A DNA stretch of 64,000 nucleotides from a virus. The stretch covers positions 694 through 64,693 of IMG/VR virus record IMGVR_UViG_2878893965_000005, one strand, 5' to 3'. The notes under the pieces are model-generated. The model was not told the DNA's origin and searched no databases. It worked only from the letters and a program-made list of their open reading frames with translations. Shown here in pieces: positions 10,332 through 18,423 of the stretch; the stretch's first letter is position 1; every line of letters begins with the position of its first letter. The translations under genes were made by a program, and so were the position numbers.

Positions 10332-10522
10332 TAATGCGAATGTGGCCGTGCTTAACGCATAAAAAAACCGCAAAGGCGCGGTTATGCGCTATGGTCGTCA
10401 ACGGGGTTCCAATCCCGGCACCCGTTTTATGAGGTGCCTGGGAACTATAACGCCACCCATTTTCTTTCGCAAGCATTGCATCCATCATCTTTCTCACCTT
10501 CGTTAAACCGTCAACGAACTTT

Positions 10523-10653
10523 GTGGTGCGGTGCCTGGTGCCTCCAGGTGACGTTAACCAGTTAACAGTTAGCGCCGACTACAAAACACCCACAACCAAC
10601 ACGAGGTTCTTCTTAACTGAGTCGCGTGCGCATAGCCGCATTCACCGCACTAC
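10523..10653 (-). ncRNA. Multi-stem RNA scaffold, early-operon copy (dicF-dicB intergenic type)
   Basis: GUAGUGCGGUG..CACCGCACCAC closing stem, AAU-GCG/CGC hairpin, CCUGG-AGGCA-CCAGG hairpin; same fold as the four copies at 24.8-26.5 kb. Confidence 0.65.
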
Positions 10654-10665
10654 AAAATTCGTTTT

Positions 10666-10730
10666 AAAAAGGACGGTATCAGCAAGGGAAATGCTGATAC
10701 CGCCAACACAACACACAGCAATGTCACGGT
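10666..10730 (-). ncRNA. DicF-like sRNA ending in an intrinsic terminator
   Basis: UUGGCGGUAUCAG start of hairpin as in DicF (from memory), 13-bp stem plus U5; preceded by a long RNase III-like stem (about 10740-10830). Confidence 0.5.
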
Positions 10731-10954
10731 CCTGGTCGCAACCGGAAGCGCACTATCGCATTGGATTTAACGACAAACCTTATGAGGTTAGAGGTTGTGC
10801 GTAATGCGCTTTCGCGTTGTGTTCCCGGTTGCTTCCGGGGCTGATTGTCCCAACTCTTCTAACCATTGGTTGCAAGAGCAGCAGCTTCTTACATTTACGG
10901 AGTTCTGTTGCTACTTATTTGCTGCATATGCCAGCATTTTTATGCTGGCGCTAG

Positions 10955-11143
10955 CTAAGAAAGTTGGTGTTCGGTAGAGATACCTGACCCTCTTGCAAAA
11001 CCGCTTAACTCTCTGAATGAATTAAGTGTTTTATTAGCCAACCATATGCGGGCCTCAGTGCCTGCATTTAGTTCTACCTGTTGCAGGCGTTTTGCATCCT
11101 CCAGAAGCATGGCTATAACGTGTTTCAGTTCTGTCTCGTTCAT
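10955..11143 (-). CDS. First gene of the pL operon, conserved hypothetical
   Basis: 62 aa, RBS GAGGG, directly downstream of OL. Confidence 0.65.
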   Translation of the reverse strand: MNETELKHVIAMLLEDAKRLQQVELNAGTEARIWLANKTLNSFRELSGFARGSGISTEHQLS

Positions 11144-11246
11144 TGAGTGGCCCTCTTCATCCGTTTTACGCCCGTCGGCGGAACATTTACCTGTCGCGCC
11201 AGTTTTGCTGACTGTCCCATCCGTTAGGGTGGGTTGCTAAGTTAAA

Positions 11247-11285
11247 AATAACATCGCTATTTTTATTGTCAATATCAATGTTATT
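11247..11285. promoter_or_regulatory. Left operators (2 sites) overlapping pL
   Basis: AATAAC-atc-GCTATT (11247-61) and AATATC-aat-GTTATT (11271-85); TTGACA on minus strand at 11272-11267. Confidence 0.7.
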
Positions 11286-11418
11286 TTTATTTTGTGTGGG
11301 CAACAGAAAGAGAGGGGGGATACATTGTGAGAGGCATGGTGGCAAGTAGCAGGTAGGGTATAAGTGTGATTGAGGTCGTTTTTGAGAAAAAATATAGGGT
11401 GAGAATAATAACCATTAT

Positions 11419-11433
11419 TGATAATTATTCTCA
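11419..11433. promoter_or_regulatory. Fur-box-like 7-1-7 site
   Basis: TGATAAT-T-ATTCTCA, one mismatch to TGATAATnATTATCA. Confidence 0.4.
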
Positions 11434-11476
11434 CCTCTGCTAGAGATCAAATGGGGCATTTGTCGTTGTGTCGTTG

Positions 11477-12229
11477 TTAAGACTGATTATTTTTCTGAGC
11501 CTTGATCCAGCGAGCAACGAGTGCTTCCATTGTTTCTTTTTTCTCAGTTATTTCGTTTAGAATTTTTTCCTGCTCTTCTTTAGGAAAAGCGTTGAATACT
11601 CTTAATAGCGCTCTTTGAGTAGGGCCAATCCTCATTGCATCAGGTGTAGAAATCTGATCTGTTTCTTCTGGGGGCAACATAAACCAGTAGGATGGATACC
11701 CTGTAATTTCAGTCAGCTTGTCAAGGTTTACAGGATTGGGGGCTGCTTTTCCGATGAGCCATTGTTGAACCACGTGCGAATTAATACCCATGCGTTGGGC
11801 CAGCTCGAACTGGCTCCAGCCAGTTTGTTCCAGCAGCTTTTTCATTCTGTACACTGACGTAGCCATTGCCCTGCTTTGTATATCAGTTTCAGGCTGACCA
11901 GCATCCTCTTCACTTGAGGTTTCGGGAGTATATTTGCGTGCGACATTAATCAGACCTGTCATATCAGGTCTGATATCTTCAGGGGAAACCCTCAGCAAGG
12001 CTGAAAACTTCAGGACTGTCTCAAGGTTTAGCGGTGTCTGGGCATTCAGGTAGTGGCTGACCGCCCCCTGAGTTGTAAAACCCATCATTTCAGCAGCTCG
12101 CTCCTGAGTAAGTCCTAACGAATCCTTACGAGAGTTCCAGATTTCTTTTAGCCTGCGTGCAGCTTCAATGTCTTGTTCAGATAAGTTTTTTCTCTTCATA
12201 TCCAACATTCTAATAGTATTGCTAATCAT
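11477..12229 (-). CDS. Prophage repressor with two HTH domains and no S24 autocleavage domain (start may be 12199)
   Basis: N-terminal CI-like HTH plus a second Gifsy/DicA-like HTH and helical tail; divergent from cro. Confidence 0.85.
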   Translation of the reverse strand: MISNTIRMLDMKRKNLSEQDIEAARRLKEIWNSRKDSLGLTQERAAEMMGFTTQGAVSHYLNAQTPLNLETVLKFSALLRVSPEDIRPDMTGLINVARKYTPETSSEEDAGQPETDIQSRAMATSVYRMKKLLEQTGWSQFELAQRMGINSHVVQQWLIGKAAPNPVNLDKLTEITGYPSYWFMLPPEETDQISTPDAMRIGPTQRALLRVFNAFPKEEQEKILNEITEKKETMEALVARWIKAQKNNQS

Positions 12230-12274
12230 TTTGAAATAGCTTCGTTATTTACATATAAAAATAACTATGTTATT
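12212..12274. promoter_or_regulatory. Right operators (3 sites)
   Basis: AATAGT-att-GCTAAT (12212), AATAGC-ttc-GTTATT (12235), AATAAC-tat-GTTATT (12260); same consensus as OL. Confidence 0.75.
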
Positions 12275-12306
12275 GATTGTGTCTCAGAACAACGAGGAAC
12301 ACTTTA

Positions 12307-12570
12307 ATGAAGCTTGGTGAATATTTGAGGAATTCTGGCTTAAGTCAGCGAGATTTCGGCAATAAAGTTGGTGCCAGCCAGGGGATGGTAAGCCACGTAT
12401 TGAATGGCAGGGCCAGACTAACTGGCAGAAACACGCTTTTATGGAGCAAGAGTACCGGCTGGCGAGTTACGCCACATGAAATTGATAGCTCCACTTACCC
12501 CAACCCTACTGACGGGCTTCCTCCTGAAATACAGGCTACCGTAAATCGGCGCCGGGAGGTTGATTTATGA
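12307..12570 (+). CDS. Cro-like (YdaS-family) regulator
   Basis: HTH, TPHE...YPNPTDGLP motif; position after OR. Confidence 0.8.
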   Translation: MKLGEYLRNSGLSQRDFGNKVGASQGMVSHVLNGRARLTGRNTLLWSKSTGWRVTPHEIDSSTYPNPTDGLPPEIQATVNRRREVDL

Positions 12571-13013
12571 TAATCAGGCACGAAAACATCCGGTGTGCGC
12601 TGCTCGCATGGGCGGCTGAATCCAGCCAGGAGGATGTCGCCAGCACGATCGCAGCGACATACATTCGACAGGGCGGGAAAGAGCTGCCCCTCACACTTAT
12701 TACCGATCCGGTTGAGCAGCGTCATGAAAGCTGGCGTAACCAGCAAAATATATTTCATCGCTGGCTGTCCGGCGAAACACCGGAGCAGCGCCGCAAAATT
12801 CAGCTTTTGCTTCCCGCCATATCTGAAGAGATCCCCCCACTTCTGCGCCTGAGAATGGAGTTTGCAGATTCCATTGAATACCGGGCTGTCATTCGCGCCC
12901 GGGAAGAACTGAACCGTGCATTTGACGATTTGTTGCGTGCCGTTCTGTCCGGGACCGGAGGCAGACAGGCAGATCGCGCTCGCGATGGCCCTGCTACGTT
13001 ACGGCAGGGGTAA
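12567..13013 (+). CDS. YdaT-family CII-like regulator
   Basis: I.HE.IR.AL..WA...., N.Q.IF.RW, LLPAI...P motifs; follows cro. Confidence 0.75.
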   Translation: MIIRHENIRCALLAWAAESSQEDVASTIAATYIRQGGKELPLTLITDPVEQRHESWRNQQNIFHRWLSGETPEQRRKIQLLLPAISEEIPPLLRLRMEFADSIEYRAVIRAREELNRAFDDLLRAVLSGTGGRQADRARDGPATLRQG

Positions 13014-13128
13014 TCCGTAGGAGAAAAAGGCCGCGAACAGGGCGGCCTGGAACTCTTTTTCAGAGGAGAAGAAGAATGATCGATGTTTCAAACGGTAGGA
13101 AAAGCCAATGTCCGCAGAACTGATGATG

Positions 13129-13398
13129 TCAAGAATCGAAACCTGCCTTATACACTGCATAGCTTCTTCTGGCGCTACCGTCGGGTGCGATATTTCTTTC
13201 ACGGCAGAAGGCGAGAAAGTCATCAATATCGGCCTTTACTTTAACGACGGTAAACCCTTGCATTTTAGCTTGTCGTACCTGGGAGTCGAAGGAAGCCAGC
13301 CATCTTTCATATGAGGGAGTTGGTGTGGCGTTGGGGGTTACTTGCCAGAACGAAATGAACTCCTCTTCGCTCGCGAAATAGATTACACAAAAATTCAC
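13129..13398 (-). CDS. Hypothetical moron protein, antisense within early operon
   Basis: AGGAGG RBS 7 nt before GTG; 89 aa. Confidence 0.6.
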   Translation of the reverse strand: MNFCVIYFASEEEFISFWQVTPNATPTPSYERWLASFDSQVRQAKMQGFTVVKVKADIDDFLAFCRERNIAPDGSARRSYAVYKAGFDS

Positions 13399-13538
13399 TG
13401 TCGAACCTCCTTTGGTTCTGTTGGTTGGGAGATCAGCAGGCTAGCACCAGCAGGAGGTTCGGCACCAAAAGGAGAGGTGTGACAGTGGGTATTTATTCAT
13501 GGTTTCAAACCGCCCGGAAAAGAGCGTAACGAGGCGTT

Positions 13539-14459
13539 ATGGCGGCACTTCCATACATGCAGCTTTATATCGCTGATTATCTTGCAGACACGATGCATCT
13601 GTCTACCGAAGAACATGGGGCTTATTTGCTGCTGATGTTCAATTACTGGCAGACCGGAAGAGCTATACCGAAAAACAGGCTGGCGAAAATTGCACGGGTC
13701 AGCAACGAGCGCTGGGGAGCCGTAGAAGAGTCGTTGAGAGAGTTTTTCATTGATAACGGCACGGAATGGGTTCACAAGCGCATAGAAGATGATCTTGCTT
13801 CGGTCAGGGAAACCTTAGCGAAAAGGTCAGCGGCAGGAAAAGCATCTGTTCATTCCAGAAGGAACAGGAAGGAAACACAATCTGCCAGCGAAAGTAACAC
13901 ATGTTCAACAGGTGTTGGTTCTGTGTTTGAACAGGACGCCAACAAACAGGGAACTAATAAAGATACAGATCCAGATAAAGAAACAGATCTAAAAGATCAA
14001 AACCTCTTGCGCGGTGCTGAAAAAATCAGCCCCCCGCCGTCGGAAGAAAATCTGGAGTCATGCGGTTTGAATTTGCACGACGGCACCAGACCAGCCCATG
14101 CCGGACCTGAGCGTCGGCCTCTGAGCGCTGGTGTGCCTGAAATGCCCCGTCCCGATGACCCTGAGTTTATCCGGCTGCCGCTGAACGACGGTTCTGAGTT
14201 CGCCGTGACCGAATCACTGGTTTCCGAGTTTGAGGCGCTGTATCCGGCGGTTGACGTCCGGCAGGTGCTGCGTAACCAGCGGGGATGGCTACTGAGCGAC
14301 CAGCGACGGCGGAAAACCGCACGTGGCATCAAAAAATTTATCACCGGCTGGCTGGCGAAAGACCAGGACCGGGGAGGCAACCGTGGCCGCGACAGTCCGG
14401 CACGAATTCAGGACATACCGCCGCCGGACAGCGAAATTCCACCAGGTTTCAGGGGATGA
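13539..14459 (+). CDS. YdaU/DUF1376-family replication initiator
   Basis: ALPYMQLYIADYLADTMHLS.EEHGAYLLL motif. Confidence 0.85.
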   Translation: MAALPYMQLYIADYLADTMHLSTEEHGAYLLLMFNYWQTGRAIPKNRLAKIARVSNERWGAVEESLREFFIDNGTEWVHKRIEDDLASVRETLAKRSAAGKASVHSRRNRKETQSASESNTCSTGVGSVFEQDANKQGTNKDTDPDKETDLKDQNLLRGAEKISPPPSEENLESCGLNLHDGTRPAHAGPERRPLSAGVPEMPRPDDPEFIRLPLNDGSEFAVTESLVSEFEALYPAVDVRQVLRNQRGWLLSDQRRRKTARGIKKFITGWLAKDQDRGGNRGRDSPARIQDIPPPDSEIPPGFRG

Positions 14460-14465
14460 CAGGCC

Positions 14466-15212
14466 ATGAAAAACATCGCAGATACCGGGATTCTGGCCCG
14501 TATCAGGAATCTTGCTCCAAAGTCCGCTGCTGCTTCCGCGCCGTACCGGACACCGGAGGAGTGGCGCAGATGGCAGCTTGCCGAAGGCCGGAAACGCTGC
14601 GAGGAAATCGAGCGCCAGAACCGCCAGTCGAGAGCGGAGAAAATTTTCGGTCGTTCGGGGATTCGGGACCTGTACCGCAGGTGTTCGTTCGCGAACTACC
14701 GGGTGGAGAACGACGGACAGCGCCACGCACTGAGCCAGGCAAAATCCATCGCGGAAAACCTGTGCGGTGATGATTTTACCAGTTTCGTGTTCAGCGGCTC
14801 GACGGGAACCGGGAAAAATCACCTGGCAGCGGCTATCGGAAATCGTCTGCTGGCCCGGGGAAAGACCGTGATGATTGTCACCCTGGCTGACGTGATGCTG
14901 GGCGTCAGGGCCTGTTACGACGCGGGAAAATCCGAGGAAACATTTCTGGCCGGGCTTTGCGATGTTGACCTGCTGGTGCTCGACGAAGTTGGTATGCAGC
15001 GTGATACGAAAAACGAGTTTGTCATCCTGAACCAGATTGTCGACAGGCGTACTGCGTCGATGAAGTCAGTAGGGATACTGACCAACATGAACTTTGACAG
15101 TCTTAAAAAACTGGCTGGCGAACGGGTGACTGACCGGCTACGGATGAACGGCGGTCGCTGGGTAATTTTTGGCTGGGAAAGCTGGCGGCAACACGTCAGG
15201 CAACACAAATAA
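14466..15212 (+). CDS. DnaC/IstB-like AAA+ helicase loader
   Basis: Walker A GSTGTGKNHL, Walker B LLVLDEVG. Confidence 0.9.
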   Translation: MKNIADTGILARIRNLAPKSAAASAPYRTPEEWRRWQLAEGRKRCEEIERQNRQSRAEKIFGRSGIRDLYRRCSFANYRVENDGQRHALSQAKSIAENLCGDDFTSFVFSGSTGTGKNHLAAAIGNRLLARGKTVMIVTLADVMLGVRACYDAGKSEETFLAGLCDVDLLVLDEVGMQRDTKNEFVILNQIVDRRTASMKSVGILTNMNFDSLKKLAGERVTDRLRMNGGRWVIFGWESWRQHVRQHK

Positions 15213-15231
15213 TTTTTCAGGAGAAAATTCT

Positions 15232-15975
15232 ATGGAAACTGTACTCGATGTACTGAAAGCGATGGAAAAAGCCAGCGCACGAGAAATTGCCGCAAGGATG
15301 AAGATCGAACCCCGCGACGCGCTTGAAATGCTGAACGAACAGCAGGAAATCGGTACGGTGACATTTCTGAACGGTTACTGGTTGCTGTCCGGTATTGCAC
15401 CAGCCCGGACGACAACGGTTAAGTGCAGAACGCTGAAGCCGGAAGCATCGAAGGAGATGACTGTTAAAATCGGTGAACAGCAACTGACTGACGCTATCCG
15501 TGAAAATGGCCCGCTTACTGCGGAAGACCTTGCGACGATGTTTGATGTCACCTCCCGCAAGGTTGTCGCTACACTGGCAAACGCGACCGGAAAAGGCCGC
15601 CTGAGCCGTGTTAAACGGGATGGTAAATTCAGGTACTGCATACCTGAAACGACCTCAGCACCTGAAGCCGTTCCGGAGCGTGAATACGTGCCGAAAGAAT
15701 CTGAATCAGCAATCACGCCGTATGTAACGAGTGCTATCGACGCCAGTACTGAAAGTGATACGGTGCAGGTCGATGATAAAGCCCCCCTGGTACTCACTGA
15801 GAGCCATCCGGGATGTACCAGGCTTCCCACGCCGAAGGAGGTCTCCCGCGTTATCCGTAAACTCAGGAGTGCGTTACACCAGGCGGAACTGGTTCGGAAA
15901 AGTGTCATTGCTGCGAAAAAGCATGAAAAAACACTGAACCGAATGACCCGATTACTACAGGAGTTGCAGCAATGA
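15232..15975 (+). CDS. Winged-HTH phage protein (YdaW-like)
   Basis: METVLDVLKAMEKAS.REIAAR start with RBS; follows DnaC-like gene. Confidence 0.65.
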   Translation: METVLDVLKAMEKASAREIAARMKIEPRDALEMLNEQQEIGTVTFLNGYWLLSGIAPARTTTVKCRTLKPEASKEMTVKIGEQQLTDAIRENGPLTAEDLATMFDVTSRKVVATLANATGKGRLSRVKRDGKFRYCIPETTSAPEAVPEREYVPKESESAITPYVTSAIDASTESDTVQVDDKAPLVLTESHPGCTRLPTPKEVSRVIRKLRSALHQAELVRKSVIAAKKHEKTLNRMTRLLQELQQ

Positions 15976-16310
15976 TAGATATCAACACCCCTCCAGAAGT
16001 TGTCGAAAAAATCCAGGAGATAATCAAGGAGCTTCACGACGTTTGTGTTGAAAACGGAGTGCCGCTGGTCATTGCTGCTCTAGTGAGCCGGACATCAACG
16101 ACAGGAGGTGATGGAATCAGCAGGCTGCTTTCGTTTTATCTGGATGGTCCGGCAGGGATAACGGACTCATCCATGCTTGCCGCCAGCGATATTTTACGAA
16201 TGCCATATGTTCCTGATTCGTTTGTTGCCGGACTGGAGATGCTCAGGGAGGAGATGAATAAACCGTGTGACTGCCCTGAGTGTCGGTCGGAGCACGGCAT
16301 AATACACTGA
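15972..16310 (+). CDS. Hypothetical protein, paralog of 8828-9169
   Basis: Coupled ATGA overlap; C-terminal CDCPEC. Confidence 0.65.
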   Translation: MIDINTPPEVVEKIQEIIKELHDVCVENGVPLVIAALVSRTSTTGGDGISRLLSFYLDGPAGITDSSMLAASDILRMPYVPDSFVAGLEMLREEMNKPCDCPECRSEHGIIH

Positions 16311-16323
16311 CTACGGAGGTCAT

Positions 16324-16560
16324 ATGAAAATTGAATATCAGGATGCTGGCATGGAAGCCAGGCTGATTATTACCGGCACCATTTTTAGCGTACGAAAACA
16401 CAATAATCTGGTGGACAGGATGTTGATGCGAATTCCTCAGTTGCGGGAAGAAAGTGAAGGTTTTTTTATACAGACCACCTGTATATACGGATGTGTCGCT
16501 GATGTGCTACTGGCAGAAGAAATAGCCAAAGAACACGGGTATGTGGTTAAAACAGGATAG
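16324..16560 (+). CDS. Conserved phage hypothetical protein
   Basis: GGAGG RBS; 78 aa. Confidence 0.65.
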   Translation: MKIEYQDAGMEARLIITGTIFSVRKHNNLVDRMLMRIPQLREESEGFFIQTTCIYGCVADVLLAEEIAKEHGYVVKTG

Positions 16561-16742
16561 TATCACAGACCGACAAATCCAGGATAAATCATGCAATACA
16601 TGAAGATTGTCACTTTTATTGTGCCTGGTTAAGTATTCAAGGTTTTAGGGTAAAGGCTGTCAGGACGGACAGGTAGACTTAACAGGCAGTATATATTATA
16701 AATTTATTATCAATTTTCTCTCATAAAGAAAGGGTCTATCCC

Positions 16743-17255
16743 ATGTCTTTAATCATACGACAAGCAACATTAGCCGATTCAGGATTACTAAATGAGCTTG
16801 GCTACCGCATCTATCCTGCGTACTTTAAGCATATGTGGAAGTCAGAATCAGAACTTGATAATTATTTGGAGGGTGAATATTCACTATCTGTTATTGAGCG
16901 GAATATTAATGACGAAAACATTAGCTGGTATATAGCTGAAATCGATCAGCCTATTGGTTTTGCCAAGCTGACCTGGCAAGCAACTATCCCGAATACAGAC
17001 ATCAGCGGTGTTTTACTTGACAAACTCTACCTTGCCCCAACCAAAACGAATCAACATTATGGTCAACTAATGTTCAGTAAAGTCATAGATCTTGCCCGAA
17101 GTAATGGGAAAAAATTCTTATGGCTGGAGGTTCTTGAGCAAAATGAACGTGCTCAAGGATTCTATAAAAAACAGGGAATGAAATACATCAGCGACATCGT
17201 TTTCGAAACAAATTCACAGAGGAGCATACTCAAGTTAATGGGGATGTGTATATAA
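16743..17255 (+). CDS. GNAT N-acetyltransferase (PaiA/SSAT-like) moron
   Basis: L.KLYL......YG..M, LWLEV...N..A..FY.K.G motifs; AT-rich own promoter region. Confidence 0.8.
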   Translation: MSLIIRQATLADSGLLNELGYRIYPAYFKHMWKSESELDNYLEGEYSLSVIERNINDENISWYIAEIDQPIGFAKLTWQATIPNTDISGVLLDKLYLAPTKTNQHYGQLMFSKVIDLARSNGKKFLWLEVLEQNERAQGFYKKQGMKYISDIVFETNSQRSILKLMGMCI

Positions 17256-17256
17256 G

Positions 17257-17339
17257 ATCCGCTCCTCGTTCAAAGTGGACTGTCAGATTAGGTTTGGCCC
17301 TATGTCGCAAGAGCGCTAACCCGGGGCTGGGCTAATATA
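17257..17339 (+). repeat. Moron-border element copy A (~85 bp)
   Basis: TCCGCT..CAAAG..GACTGTCAGATTAG...CTGGGCTAATATA; related to 22146-22236 and 23467-23550. Confidence 0.55.
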
Positions 17340-17341
17340 GC

Positions 17342-17659
17342 TTACATAATGGCCTGTATTCCATTCTTCTCAACGACAGTTAACAAACGCAGGGCCGGAC
17401 CTCCCGGTTTTTTTACTCCACGCTCCCATGAAGATACCAGGTTTTTGCTGACATTGAGATAACGGGCAAAAACAGGTTGTGACAGATGCTCGCGCTCACG
17501 CAATGCCCTGATTTTTTCCGGCGTCATGGGAATGATGGGGGACAGGCATGATTCATCAAACTGGCGCATGGTTTGCTTGTCCACTGCACCAATTTCATGT
17601 AGAGCCTCCATCGTTTCATGAATGGCTGCATATGCTTCGTTGCGGTATTTTTTACTCAT
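17342..17659 (-). CDS. XRE/HigA-type antitoxin or regulator (orphan)
   Basis: IRALRERE.LSQ.VFA.YLNVS..LVS.WERG.KKP.GPALRLL. Confidence 0.8.
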   Translation of the reverse strand: MSKKYRNEAYAAIHETMEALHEIGAVDKQTMRQFDESCLSPIIPMTPEKIRALREREHLSQPVFARYLNVSKNLVSSWERGVKKPGGPALRLLTVVEKNGIQAIM

Positions 17660-17743
17660 CCGCAGTTTTGTACTGAACAATGGTTCTGTACCCACCAGAT
17701 TTCCCTGCCCCTGACGGGCTACATGTCGTTTTATAGTAAACAT
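17660..17743 (-). pseudogene. Remnant of the cognate RelE/HigB-type toxin
   Basis: IKRHVARQGQG resembles the IK.R.AR.GQGKSGG core of this toxin family; the rest is missing. Confidence 0.5.
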
Positions 17744-17752
17744 TCAACGTCT

Positions 17753-18034
17753 CTACCTTTCGTCTGCTAACTCATAGACTTCGTTACCCGCTCTTTTTCC
17801 AATAACGATAACCAGTAACACCAGCTTGTCGTCTATAACGTCATAGACCAGTCTGTAGCCAGATGAACGGAGTTTTATTTTGTAGCGATTAGGACGTCCA
17901 TGAAGCCTCGCTGAAGGGATATGTGGGTTTTCGAGACGTTCAGCCAGCTTCTTTTTAAACTGCTCACGAACCGGATGACCTAATTTATCCCATTCTTTTT
18001 TAGCACGGCGCTCAAATTTGAGTTCATAGGTCAT
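17753..18034 (-). CDS. RelE/StbE-family toxin
   Basis: A.KEW.KL...VREQFKKKL.ERL.NP..PS..L.G....YKIKLRSSGYRLVY. Confidence 0.9.
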   Translation of the reverse strand: MTYELKFERRAKKEWDKLGHPVREQFKKKLAERLENPHIPSARLHGRPNRYKIKLRSSGYRLVYDVIDDKLVLLVIVIGKRAGNEVYELADER

Positions 18035-18275
18035 CGAGATTAACGCTCACAATGTCCGGATCTTTCATGCGTTCATCAGCAATAGCATTAAGCTCAGCAT
18101 CTTCAGCAAGCTCAATATAGTAGGCGTAAAGTTCAGGGGGTACACAGTAAAATGCGGGTTCGTTGCGGTTCAGAATTGCCACGGCGTTTCCTTCCCCGTC
18201 AGCTACGGTTCCCATAGGGTTACGCTTCAGGTCGGTTATGCTGGCTGCGATAGTGGTCAGTATCTGATAGGTCAT
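18024..18275 (-). CDS. StbD/Phd-YefM-family antitoxin
   Basis: ASITDLKRNPM....G.G..VAILNRNEPAFYCVP; overlaps the toxin. Confidence 0.9.
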   Translation of the reverse strand: MTYQILTTIAASITDLKRNPMGTVADGEGNAVAILNRNEPAFYCVPPELYAYYIELAEDAELNAIADERMKDPDIVSVNLDDL

Positions 18276-18423
18276 GATTACCTCCTTTCTTTCAAGGTAT
18301 ACAGTATAGTCTTATCATAGGTGCTTTTAAAAGTCTTTTATTAGTGTCTTTTATGTGTGACTTGACACTTACGAGATGCGGGTGGTTTTCTGAAACAGAT
18401 ATTATTAATTAAGGAAGAAAATC

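Noticed and set aside
10270-10590. Early scaffold segment GUAGUCGGCG pairing with C4-like RNA 1 (CGCCGGUA)
   Set aside because: Only about 8 imperfect bp; not distinguishable from chance.
11237-11434. 65-aa ORF between repressor and pL
   Set aside because: Runs through operators and promoter; no RBS or recognisable product.
16657-16672. CTGT-N8-ACAG LexA-box-like match upstream of the GNAT gene
   Set aside because: GC-rich spacer (CAGGACGG) and non-consensus flanks; likely chance.
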